From Candidatus Heimdallarchaeota archaeon (GTDB lineage Archaea > Asgardarchaeota > Heimdallarchaeia > Hodarchaeales > Hodarchaeaceae), in the NCBI GenBank assembly GCA_048881705.1, contig JBHLSH010000064.1, forward strand, positions 1 to 23,231: a stretch of 23,231 nucleotides of DNA. Reading direction: 5' to 3'. Shown here piece by piece: positions 1 through 8,850 of this stretch (positions within the stretch are counted from its first letter, which is position 1; each line of letters begins with the position of its first letter). The notes under the pieces are model-generated. The model saw only the letters and a list, made by a program, of their open reading frames with translations, did no database searches and was not told where the DNA came from. A program made the translations under genes and the position numbers.

Positions 1-92
1 TCAATGAGCGTTGTTTTCCCGACTCCCGTGTTACCCAAAACTGTGACCCGGATATCCCGATCGAAAATTTCTCTAACCTCTTTTACCTCAAA
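1..92 (-). CDS. Partial P-loop NTPase, probably a Ras-like small GTPase; runs off the left edge, start unresolved
   Basis: My own translation of the minus strand (92->1) gives FEVKEVREIFDRDIRVTVLGNTGVGKTTLI: a hydrophobic beta-strand followed by a GxxxxGKT Walker A/G1 motif. There is an in-frame TGA at 95-93 and no in-frame ATG/GTG/TTG upstream of the beta-strand. Not in the supplied ORF track. Confidence 0.6.
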
Positions 93-316
93 TCATCCTA
101 TTAAACAATTCCAAATCAAGCAGAACACCAAGCCCTATATAAACGGTTCCAATGGATCTACTCATTCGATGGTCTTATAGTCTACCTCCAACTAGTGTAC
201 CGTAAGAATGGAAATAGGAATAAGAGGAATCGGGGTGACAATGCTTGCTAAAATTGAACAAAATTCCACTTCGTTTCCTTATTAGCATTTAATAATCTTT
301 ATTTTGGTGAAAAAAG

Positions 317-1312
317 ATGAAATATACAAAATTTGGGCAAACTGGCCTTACAGTATCCAGAATTTGCCTTGGCATGATGTCTTTTGGAGACCCCAACGTA
401 AGTCCTTGGGTATTAAATCTTGATGAATCGCGACCTCTGGTTAAAAAGGCCCTTGATCTTGGGATTAATTTCTTTGATACCGCGAATGTGTATTCAAGTG
501 GTCGTTCAGAGGAAATTACTGGAGAACTCTTGAGAGAATATAGAGACCAGTGTGTTATTGCAACGAAAGTTTTTTTTCCCCTTAGCGGATTTGGATTGGA
601 TCCGAAGCCAAAACCAAATTCACATGGCTTGTCACGCTACCATATAACACGTTCAATCGAGGACTCGCTAAAACGCTTACAGATGGACTACGTAGATCTA
701 TATCAGATTCATAGATTAGATCAATCCTTGCCAATTGAGGAGATTCTTAGAACTTTAAACCATTTGATTGCGCAAGGAAAGGTTTTGCACATTGGAGCAA
801 GTTCCATGTATGCGTGGCAATTTACAAAAAGTCTCTGGCAAGCTGAAAGACATGATTTGGAACCCTTCCGTTCAATGCAGAACCATTATTCGCTCGTATA
901 TCGAGAAGAAGAGCGGGAAATGATCCCGTTATGTCGAGATCAGAACATTGCTCTTATACCGTGGAGTCCTCTAGCGCGCGGCTTTTTGACTGGGAAATAT
1001 TCAGCAGAATCTGAACCAGAATCCAAGCGCTATAAACATGATCGCTATTTACGCTCTCGTTTCTTCAATGATGAAGATTTCAAAGTGGTAGAACGAGTCC
1101 AAGAGGTTGCTAAAGAAAAAGACGTCACCCCAGCACAGATCGCACTCGCGTGGTTATTTGCCAAAGAATATATCACTGCTCCAATCTTGGGAGCAACCAA
1201 AGTTGAGCACATTGAACAGGCGGTCGATGCATTGGAAGTACAGCTCTCAGATGATGATATACAGAGACTAGAAGAAGTTTATGTTCCACACCCTATTATT
1301 GGTCATAGTTAA
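317..1312 (+). CDS. Aldo/keto reductase (NAD(P)H-dependent, YajO/Tas-like)
   Basis: VSRICLGMM, GINFFDTANVY (catalytic Asp/Tyr), IATK (Lys), DLYQIH (His), WSPLARG, LAWL, PILGATK. GGTGA RBS at 306-310. Confidence 0.92.
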   Translation: MKYTKFGQTGLTVSRICLGMMSFGDPNVSPWVLNLDESRPLVKKALDLGINFFDTANVYSSGRSEEITGELLREYRDQCVIATKVFFPLSGFGLDPKPKPNSHGLSRYHITRSIEDSLKRLQMDYVDLYQIHRLDQSLPIEEILRTLNHLIAQGKVLHIGASSMYAWQFTKSLWQAERHDLEPFRSMQNHYSLVYREEEREMIPLCRDQNIALIPWSPLARGFLTGKYSAESEPESKRYKHDRYLRSRFFNDEDFKVVERVQEVAKEKDVTPAQIALAWLFAKEYITAPILGATKVEHIEQAVDALEVQLSDDDIQRLEEVYVPHPIIGHS

Positions 1313-1503
1313 TTCAAACAATAGGCTTTTACTTACATCTACTGGATTTTATCTATTGAAATCTCTGCAAATTTGGCCAGCAACCCTAGCGAAATCAATT
1401 AATCTGGGCTATTCATCGTTAACTGGAATTACCATAATCATAAGCAAAATAATTTTCCTAAAAAACTTCCTAATGTCGCCCAGATGACTACGGAAAGAAA
1501 CAT

Positions 1504-3513
1504 ATGTCAAAATTTCAGTTAAAGGCCCCCTACTCTCCGAAGGGGGATCAAATTGAGGCAATTGAACAGCTTACAGAGGGAGTCAAAGCTGGTAAACCCT
1601 ACCAAACCCTACTTGGTGTGACGGGAAGCGGAAAGACCTATACAGTTGCAAATGTAATTGAAAGGGTCCAAAAACCTACGTTGGTAATATCCCACAACAA
1701 GACTCTTGCGGCCCAATTATACCAGGAGTTTAAAGAATACTTCCCTGATAACGCTGTGGAGTATTATGTTTCGTTCTACGACTACTATCAACCTGAAGCG
1801 TACCTCCCAGTTCCAGATAGGTACATCGAAAAAGATTTCAATATTAACGATGAAATCGATAAGCTCCGTTCCTCCGCAACGAGAAGTTTACTGGAAAGGG
1901 AGGATGTAATCGTCGTGGCCTCCGTTTCCTGCATATATGGTTTAACAAAACCCGAATTTTACAAAGGAATGAGTCTAGGTCTGACAAGAGGGATGACGAT
2001 TTCTAAAGAAAGGATTCTAGGGCGGTTGATAGAAAGTGCATATGAACGGGACGACCTCGACCTTTCTCGTGCCAAGTTCCGCGCAAGAGGTGACGTTATT
2101 GACGTCTGGCCTGCCTACGAAGATCGTCAGGCAATAAGGATAGAGCTTTTCGGGGATGAGGTGGAAAGGATCTCCAAGATTCACCCCGTTTCGGGAAAGG
2201 TCATAGCAGAATTAGAACGAACTTTTATCTTTCCAGCCAAACAGTACGTACGTCCTCGTTCGGAAGTGGTCAGGGTTCTTGGAGAGATCCGAAGGGAACT
2301 CAAGGGGCGGTTAAGGGAATTAACCCAGCAAGGAAAACTCGTCGAGGCTCAACGCCTCCAACAGCGTACGCAGTATGATTTAGAACTCATAGAGGAAGTG
2401 GGTCATGCTCCTGGGATGGAAAACTATTCTCGATACTTTGATGGTCGAACTGAAGGTGAACCCCCTTCTACACTATTTGATTACTTTCCAGATGATTATT
2501 TATTGGTGATCGACGAAACTCATATGACCATTCCCCAAATTGGGGGTATGTTGGAAGGTGACAGGGCAAGAAAAAAGAATCTTGTAGAGTATGGCTTTCG
2601 TCTTCCGAGTGCGTATGATCACCGCCCCCTAAGTTTTCAGGAATGGGAGGAACGTCAAGGTCAGACTATTTTCGTGTCTGCCACACCGGGCCCGTATTCC
2701 CTAAAGAAATCGGGAAGGGAAAGCGTTGTTGAACAGATTATAAGGCCAACAGGACTGCTAGATCCTGAAATTCAGTTGGTATTAAATAACCCTCATCATA
2801 TAGATCATCTAGTAGCTGAAATTCGGAAAACCACCGCCAATGGCGAAAGAACATTAGTAACAACACTAACCAAACGGGGGGCAGAGAATTTGGCTGATTA
2901 CTTTGATGAAATTGGGATCCGTGCTCGATATTTACATAGTGAAATCAAAACCCTTGAACGTACAGATCTACTTCGCTCATTGCGATTAGGCGACTTCGAT
3001 GTATTAGTGGGTATCAATCTACTACGTGAAGGATTAGATCTCCCAGAAGTTTCTTTGGTGGCAATCCTGGACGCTGATAAGATGGGTTTTCTTCGTAATG
3101 AAAGATCTCTGATTCAAACCATTGGGCGGGCGGCCCGTAATGCCGCGGGCCGGGTTATTTTTTATGCAGACAGGGTTTCTGAATCAATGGAGCACTCAAT
3201 TGCTGAAACAAAGCGACGACGCAGGAAACAGCTTGAATACAATAAAAAAATGGGGATTACACCTGAAACGGTCAAGAAAGAAATTCGCGCTCCTCTTATA
3301 GAAATGAAAACATCTTTCTCTAAACTCAGGGAAGAGAAGATCCCCGCAGCTGAACTTCCTAATTATCTTAAGGCACTAAAGCAAGAAATGCAAATTGCTG
3401 CCAAGAACCTAGAATTCGAAAAAGCGGCAGAAATTCGTGATTTGATTTACGAATTGGAGAATCCTCAACCAAAGAAGATCCCCAAGATCCTTGACAGAAA
3501 GGTATCAGGTTAG
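1504..3513 (+). CDS. uvrB: Excinuclease ABC subunit B
   Basis: GVTGSGKT Walker A, HNKTLAAQLY, beta-hairpin SFYDYYQPEAY, DETH, VSATPG, VGINLLREGLDLPEVSLVAILDADK, QTIGRAARN, C-terminal UVR coil (AAKNLEFEKAAEIRD). Confidence 0.97.
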   Translation: MSKFQLKAPYSPKGDQIEAIEQLTEGVKAGKPYQTLLGVTGSGKTYTVANVIERVQKPTLVISHNKTLAAQLYQEFKEYFPDNAVEYYVSFYDYYQPEAYLPVPDRYIEKDFNINDEIDKLRSSATRSLLEREDVIVVASVSCIYGLTKPEFYKGMSLGLTRGMTISKERILGRLIESAYERDDLDLSRAKFRARGDVIDVWPAYEDRQAIRIELFGDEVERISKIHPVSGKVIAELERTFIFPAKQYVRPRSEVVRVLGEIRRELKGRLRELTQQGKLVEAQRLQQRTQYDLELIEEVGHAPGMENYSRYFDGRTEGEPPSTLFDYFPDDYLLVIDETHMTIPQIGGMLEGDRARKKNLVEYGFRLPSAYDHRPLSFQEWEERQGQTIFVSATPGPYSLKKSGRESVVEQIIRPTGLLDPEIQLVLNNPHHIDHLVAEIRKTTANGERTLVTTLTKRGAENLADYFDEIGIRARYLHSEIKTLERTDLLRSLRLGDFDVLVGINLLREGLDLPEVSLVAILDADKMGFLRNERSLIQTIGRAARNAAGRVIFYADRVSESMEHSIAETKRRRRKQLEYNKKMGITPETVKKEIRAPLIEMKTSFSKLREEKIPAAELPNYLKALKQEMQIAAKNLEFEKAAEIRDLIYELENPQPKKIPKILDRKVSG

Positions 3514-3551
3514 ATTTTGAGCTGCTCAATATCTTAGCTCCGTAGAATAAG

Positions 3552-4136
3552 CTAAATTGTATATGGCATTAGCTCGTTACGAATGTAGATCGAAATTTCG
3601 GCTGCCATCTTAGAAAGCAGAGCGTGTGCCTTTGGGGATGATCCCAACTTGGAAATCACATTCAGAACGATCGCGTTAATTAAATCAACCAGAAAGAATT
3701 CGTTAAAAACCTCTTCCAGCCAATGCAGGAAAAACATCTGAAAGGGAGGGAACCTCCCAGAGGTCATCCAAATAGCATTGGCTTGACCCCTTTGATAGAG
3801 CTGAGTCATCATTTGGAGACGCAGATATCGGTTTTTTCCAAAATGGGAATGATAATCTTGTGCTCGATCTTGCATGTGTTGCCTAAGGTTGGTCAATTCG
3901 ACGGTCAATTCTCCCGAGATTCCCCTGATTTTTTCTCTCAAGTCAAATCGTATTAAATATGCCTGCTCAATTGAATCGAGCAAACTTTTCAGTAGCTTCT
4001 TTAAATCTCGAATCAGATCACCCGTGGTATCATCAGCATTTTCAAAAATACACCCTCCAAACAAAATTAAGGGTTCACGAGTCTGGTATTTGGATTGATA
4101 ATACAAGAAAGCATGTGGCTCTTCAACTATTCCCAT
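3552..4136 (-). CDS. Hypothetical protein, probably mostly alpha-helical
   Basis: 194-aa ATG-started ORF converging on uvrB, protein-like composition, no motif recognised. Confidence 0.6.
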   Translation of the reverse strand: MGIVEEPHAFLYYQSKYQTREPLILFGGCIFENADDTTGDLIRDLKKLLKSLLDSIEQAYLIRFDLREKIRGISGELTVELTNLRQHMQDRAQDYHSHFGKNRYLRLQMMTQLYQRGQANAIWMTSGRFPPFQMFFLHWLEEVFNEFFLVDLINAIVLNVISKLGSSPKAHALLSKMAAEISIYIRNELMPYTI

Positions 4137-4292
4137 GGCTATGAGAAAAGCGAGTGCCCACCTATTTCAATATTCCCAAATTCCCTTCCTCACCAAGATC
4201 GGTTTGTGAGCCATCATTCACGGGTAAACACAGGACATCCTAGTTCTGTTTATCGATTGATATCCCGAAATTTCCAATCACGGATCAATTTT

Positions 4293-5711
4293 CTATATAT
4301 GGATTGCTCTACCCAGCGCATCCAGTGTGGCCTCCTTAATCGTCTCATTAAGGACTGGGTGCCCATGTTCTACTTTAATTAGATCTTCTGCTTTCATACG
4401 ATTTGCCACTGCTAGTGCAGCCTCGGCAATCAACTCTGTAGCCTGCGGGCCAATGATATGTACTCCAATAATAACCGTTGATTCCTTATCCAAAAGCACT
4501 TTAACAAATCCTCGGTTTTCACCTGTAATAATCGCCCTACCAGATCCTATAAAGGGAACCTTACCTATAAGGACGGATTTGTACCTTTTTAATGCATCGT
4601 CTTCAGTAAGACCCACCGAGGAAACCTCAGGACTAGTAAAAATTACGCTAGGGACTGCACTATAGTCCATCTCGGAATTGTAGCCGAGAATATTTTCTGC
4701 CGCTACTTCTCCTTCATGATACGCCGTATATGCCAACATGGGAGAAGGAACACCCTGAACAACGTCTCCTATAGCATAAATCCCAGGCACATTAGTTGCC
4801 ATCTTATTATTTACAATGACGCCACGATCATACGCTATACCTGCTGAGTCGAGACCCAGGCCTTCAATAACCGGCGCTCGGCCGATCGAAACCAGAACGT
4901 AATCAGCCTCTAGATGATGCTCAGTTCCACTGCTATCAATGAAACTAACCCGTTTATTCCCCGAAGGTGTATCTGAGATTCGAGTAACGCGTGAACCTGT
5001 ATGACACTTAATGCCTACCCTTGTAAAGGCATCTTCGAGCTCTCTACCTAGATCGTGATCCTCCATGGGGATTAAACGCGGCAGCATCTCGATAATTGTG
5101 ACATCCGTTTCTTCAAAACATCGAAAGATGCATGCAAATTCTCCTCCGATAACCCCTCCCCCAATTACTATCAGGCTCTTTGGAATGTCATTTAGTTCCA
5201 AAACACTTTCGCTTGTCAAAACTTTGGCTCCTTCTATTCCGGGAATTGGAACAAACACTGGTTTACTACCAGTTGCTATGATTATGCCCTTTTTTGTGAC
5301 AATTCGATAAGCTTCTCCAATTCCATACCCCTTAACTTCAACCGTTTTGGCGTCAATAAAACTTCCTTGCCCTTTTATGACTGTAATATCGTTCTTATCC
5401 ATCAAGAATTTAATTCCCTTGACCATCCGTCGGACAATCAATCGCTTACGTTTCTGGATTTTCGGGAAATCGACACCTAAATATTCAGCCTTTAAACCGA
5501 ATCTTGAAATCTGTCTAAGGGCCTTACATTTTTTTGCTGACTCCACCAGAACCTTGGTAGGAATACAACCTCTGTTCACGCAGGTTCCCCCAAGGTCTGC
5601 CTTTTCCACAAGAATCACCTGGGCATTCAACTGGGCTGCTCTAATCGCAGCCACATATCCCCCTGGACCACCCCCGATGATGATAATATCAGCTTCAATT
5701 TCGTCAGCCAT
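4293..5711 (-). CDS. lpdA: Dihydrolipoamide dehydrogenase (E3 / L-protein)
   Basis: GGGPGG FAD fold, redox disulfide GGTCVNRGCIPTK, NAD site GGGVIGGE, YAIGD, C-terminal HGHPVLNE (variant of the HxHPTxxE His-Glu pair). No MerA-type C-terminal Cys-Cys. Confidence 0.93.
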   Translation of the reverse strand: MADEIEADIIIIGGGPGGYVAAIRAAQLNAQVILVEKADLGGTCVNRGCIPTKVLVESAKKCKALRQISRFGLKAEYLGVDFPKIQKRKRLIVRRMVKGIKFLMDKNDITVIKGQGSFIDAKTVEVKGYGIGEAYRIVTKKGIIIATGSKPVFVPIPGIEGAKVLTSESVLELNDIPKSLIVIGGGVIGGEFACIFRCFEETDVTIIEMLPRLIPMEDHDLGRELEDAFTRVGIKCHTGSRVTRISDTPSGNKRVSFIDSSGTEHHLEADYVLVSIGRAPVIEGLGLDSAGIAYDRGVIVNNKMATNVPGIYAIGDVVQGVPSPMLAYTAYHEGEVAAENILGYNSEMDYSAVPSVIFTSPEVSSVGLTEDDALKRYKSVLIGKVPFIGSGRAIITGENRGFVKVLLDKESTVIIGVHIIGPQATELIAEAALAVANRMKAEDLIKVEHGHPVLNETIKEATLDALGRAIHI

Positions 5712-5804
5712 CCGACCACACCATTACAATTTCGACGGGACGACTGCGTTTTGAATCGTTTAAATGCATTCTTTATCTATATTACCGCTACATTGCACAC
5801 AAAC

Positions 5805-5833
5805 AGCCATGAACTCCTACATGTTCATAGGCT
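5805..5833. promoter_or_regulatory. Inverted repeat (agcc-ATGAAC-N8-GTTCAT-a-ggct), possible operator or hairpin upstream of lpdA
   Basis: Directly visible 10-bp arms with one bulged A, about 95-120 bp upstream of the lpdA start. Function is inferred only. Confidence 0.3.
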
Positions 5834-6470
5834 AGGGATTTATCGCATAAATTGGATTGAAGCCCGATATTGCTATATTATCCGATTTTTATCGTAATCT
5901 GCGGTAAGATAATGAATTCGGTCTTAAATTGTCCAAAAATCGACAAGAGTGCCAATTTCGTATAAAGATTCTTATTGGCCCTCACAAAGTGTTTCAAATC
6001 CCTCTAGTATTCGTTTACAGCCGAAAAGGTTCCAAGAATATCTCCATCTCACAGCAATTCGATATCTTGATGCTACCCCAAAAAATCTCTTGGTGCTTAA
6101 TTAGCATCATTTATCCCAGGCCCCAAGACTTTAGAAGGCCATTATAAAGGATGACAGAATATTATATCGATCGGGCTATTAAGAAGAGTCGAAAAACGAT
6201 CCTCTACCAATGTCATATATTGATGGAGCTTTTCAACAATGAATGGAACTAAATCATATCTGGAACGCCTTTAAAAACTGATATATCCCTAGGATCCCCT
6301 TTTCAAGCGATATACGAAGGAGCGCGAGTCAGGAAAGCTATATTGCCATAAAAGAACACTTTAATACTACAGACTGTAATTCTTTTACATAGAAAAGAAC
6401 GAGTTGAAATTCGATATAAAGAGACCTACACACTCCAACCAGGGAATAAATACCTTTAAGGTGGATCAAA

Positions 6471-7256
6471 ATGGACTATGATGATTATAAGAAAGATGAT
6501 AACGATGAAATGGATGAGACAGACGAACTTAAGAAAGAACTTAAGGAAGAGATAAAAAGAGAGATAAGGGAGGAACTAGAAGAGGATACATTTTTTAAAC
6601 CGCCCAAATCTCCAAGACCGTCCCGTCCCCGAAGAAGATCACGTCCGCGTGGTTCAATCCGCGTTGATGCAGATGAATGGGATTCCTGGGGTGAAAGGTT
6701 TGGCGATACGTTGGAGCGATATATTGGTGGTGTATTGGATTCAATAGGAGATACAATTGATAGATCGATTGGTTCGCTTTTTCAGGTTTCCCCATCTCGT
6801 CGATCACGAAAATATAGGAAGATGCATCCAGATTTTGTTCCTGAGGAAGAACTCGAGGAATTCTATAATAAGGGAGCCGCTATTAGTGGAGCTTTGGCCG
6901 ATCCCACCAGACTACGAATGTTGAAAGAACTTGAAAGAAAAGCTCTTCGGCAAAAGGATCTGTCGGATCGAACAGAGACAAGAGGTGGAAATTTTAAACA
7001 CCATATCACAATCCTCATGGATGAGGGACTGGTTCGTCAGGAAGGAGTCCGAGAACGGTACTTGTTAACATATGCAGGCCGTGAAGCATTAAAACTTGTA
7101 GAATTCCTATATGCTAGAGCGAAAAGGAGGATTCCTATTCCAATCACAGACTCAGATGAGTCTGTCGATGAACAAGACTTCTATGCCGATGATAGGCAAT
7201 CTGAAAATGACTGGGAGGTAGATGATAAGTCTGACTTGGACGATGAGGTGAAATAA
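6471..7256 (+). CDS. ArsR-like winged-HTH transcriptional regulator with long charged extensions
   Basis: ALADPTRLRMLKEL...KDLS...GNFKHHITILMDEGLVRQ...YLLTYAG wHTH core at about aa 140-210. Acidic N- and C-termini and an Arg/Pro/Ser-rich segment. Confidence 0.75.
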   Translation: MDYDDYKKDDNDEMDETDELKKELKEEIKREIREELEEDTFFKPPKSPRPSRPRRRSRPRGSIRVDADEWDSWGERFGDTLERYIGGVLDSIGDTIDRSIGSLFQVSPSRRSRKYRKMHPDFVPEEELEEFYNKGAAISGALADPTRLRMLKELERKALRQKDLSDRTETRGGNFKHHITILMDEGLVRQEGVRERYLLTYAGREALKLVEFLYARAKRRIPIPITDSDESVDEQDFYADDRQSENDWEVDDKSDLDDEVK

Positions 7257-7928
7257 ATGCGGAGTTTATCATTGGGTGAAGAATTTTTCGAATGGACCGG
7301 AAATAAAGAAGTATTGAAAACCCCTTATTGGAAGGTAACCATTACAAGTCCCGCCATGGTCGTTTCGGTGAATGAAAATTTAAAACCCCGCGGTATCGTC
7401 ATATTGGGAAAGGTGGAGGCAATTGTAGATACTATTGTACCAACTTCAGAAGGGGCATTTGGTAACACAACCATCTTTGATGGTACAAACCTGGTAATTC
7501 TAGGGCTTACAATTGATGATTTAAAGGACTCTCTCTTCAGTAGAGGGCATGCATCGGAATCTACACACGAATGGAAACAGGATGCGCAAGCCATGATAAG
7601 GAAACTCCAGAACAGAATCAGATCGAAGGATTTCCATTTCGAACTCGATGGTGATGAAGACTTTGAATACGTCGTATTTGGAAAACGTAACTTCCTTCTT
7701 GTAGGCGATTCGAAGAAGTTCGTCCTTATTCATCGCAAACAGATCGCAATACGGAGCGGTGAGGAAAAATTAGTGCAGATCGATCCCATTGAAGGTATTC
7801 TTGTAGCAAACAAGAATGAGGTTCTGAACATAGGAGGTTATTCCACGAGCCTTAATCTAGGAGGCATGCTTAGTGACCTCGGTCTCCGAATTGCATCATC
7901 AGTTCTTGATCATGTACTATGGGATTAA
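7257..7928 (+). CDS. Hypothetical protein, probably beta-rich, translationally coupled to the upstream regulator
   Basis: ATG immediately follows the upstream TAA (TAAATG), GAGGTGA RBS inside the upstream gene's last codons. 223 aa, no motif recognised. Confidence 0.75.
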   Translation: MRSLSLGEEFFEWTGNKEVLKTPYWKVTITSPAMVVSVNENLKPRGIVILGKVEAIVDTIVPTSEGAFGNTTIFDGTNLVILGLTIDDLKDSLFSRGHASESTHEWKQDAQAMIRKLQNRIRSKDFHFELDGDEDFEYVVFGKRNFLLVGDSKKFVLIHRKQIAIRSGEEKLVQIDPIEGILVANKNEVLNIGGYSTSLNLGGMLSDLGLRIASSVLDHVLWD

Positions 7929-7990
7929 TCTATCCAACAAGCTTTATTCCGTAGACTTCTAGGTAAGGAGACCATTATTAAGAAGCAGTA

Positions 7991-8821
7991 TTAGGAGATG
8001 TTCGTCAACTCCCTCCTGATTTGTTCTAAATTCGCGTGATGAATACTTTCGGCGTAGTCCCTTGGGAGGGATTTTCGTGGCTCAGATAGACATTCTTCAA
8101 GTGGGATTCCTTGAATCTGACCTTCAGTTATTCCCGAATCGATTTGTTCTTGCACTAGTTTCCTTATGGACTCGAGGTAGCTTATATCGCTTTGGATCTT
8201 TTTTTTTCCACAAACAGATCCATGTCCTTGTACAATGATATCAACGTCCATTTTTTTGATTTTATGTAAGGATTCCAGCAGCTTTCTACTATCAAATTTT
8301 ACAAAGGGAAGCTCTATGACTACATCCCCTGCAAAAAGGATCTTCTGTTGTGGAAGATGCACAATACTGGAATCAGATGTATGTCCAGGCATATGATATA
8401 AGACCAAAGGGATTTCTCCGACCGAAAGACGAAAGGTCTCAGTATAGGTTTGGGTTGGAAAAACCTGGGATACATTCTTTAGGCTCGAAAAACTCTTTTT
8501 GGCGGATCTTAAAAGCTCTGTTCCTTGTTTCTTCATTAATGAAAGCGTCTTCTCATGAGCAATTATCTGTACAGCCCCAAAAAATTGATTACCCCATACG
8601 TGGTCGGCATCTGAATGAGTATTTATGACCCCCCTGATAACAAATCCCTTTTCCTCCAAATACCTTCTGATTTTCTTGGCATCTTCAGGAAAGAAAAGAG
8701 TATCAATCACAACAGCTTCCTTTCTTGAATAAACCGCTCCTGCGACAACTCCTCCCTCATCGATCGATAATGAGGGATGTTTTCCAACGAACCTCATAAC
8801 ATTTTCATTTAATGCCTCCAC
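7991..8821 (-). CDS. Metallo-beta-lactamase-fold hydrolase
   Basis: AVVIDT, THSDADH (HxHxDH variant), GHT, LFAGD, VQGHG. GTG start. Confidence 0.85.
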   Translation of the reverse strand: MEALNENVMRFVGKHPSLSIDEGGVVAGAVYSRKEAVVIDTLFFPEDAKKIRRYLEEKGFVIRGVINTHSDADHVWGNQFFGAVQIIAHEKTLSLMKKQGTELLRSAKKSFSSLKNVSQVFPTQTYTETFRLSVGEIPLVLYHMPGHTSDSSIVHLPQQKILFAGDVVIELPFVKFDSRKLLESLHKIKKMDVDIIVQGHGSVCGKKKIQSDISYLESIRKLVQEQIDSGITEGQIQGIPLEECLSEPRKSLPRDYAESIHHANLEQIRRELTNIS

Positions 8822-8850
8822 GATTCTAGCTTCCTAGTAATCATTTGAGA

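Noticed and set aside
4293-5711. Could be the missing mercuric reductase MerA (same flavoprotein family, near merB)
   Set aside because: It has no N-terminal HMA domain or C-terminal Cys-Cys pair and retains the lipoamide dehydrogenase His-Glu motif (HGHPVLNE).
5949-6104. Short frame (SIRLQPKRFQEYLHLTAIRYL) faintly recalling a transposase C-terminus
   Set aside because: No DDE motif, terminal inverted repeats or target-site duplication; too short to support a call.
5929-6147. 72-aa ORF from the track
   Set aside because: TTG start, no RBS or motif; probably spurious.
6471-6510. N-terminus MDYDDYKKDDND resembles a FLAG tag, suggesting an engineered sequence
   Set aside because: It is not an exact DYKDDDDK, it is part of a natural acidic tract, and there are no vector elements.
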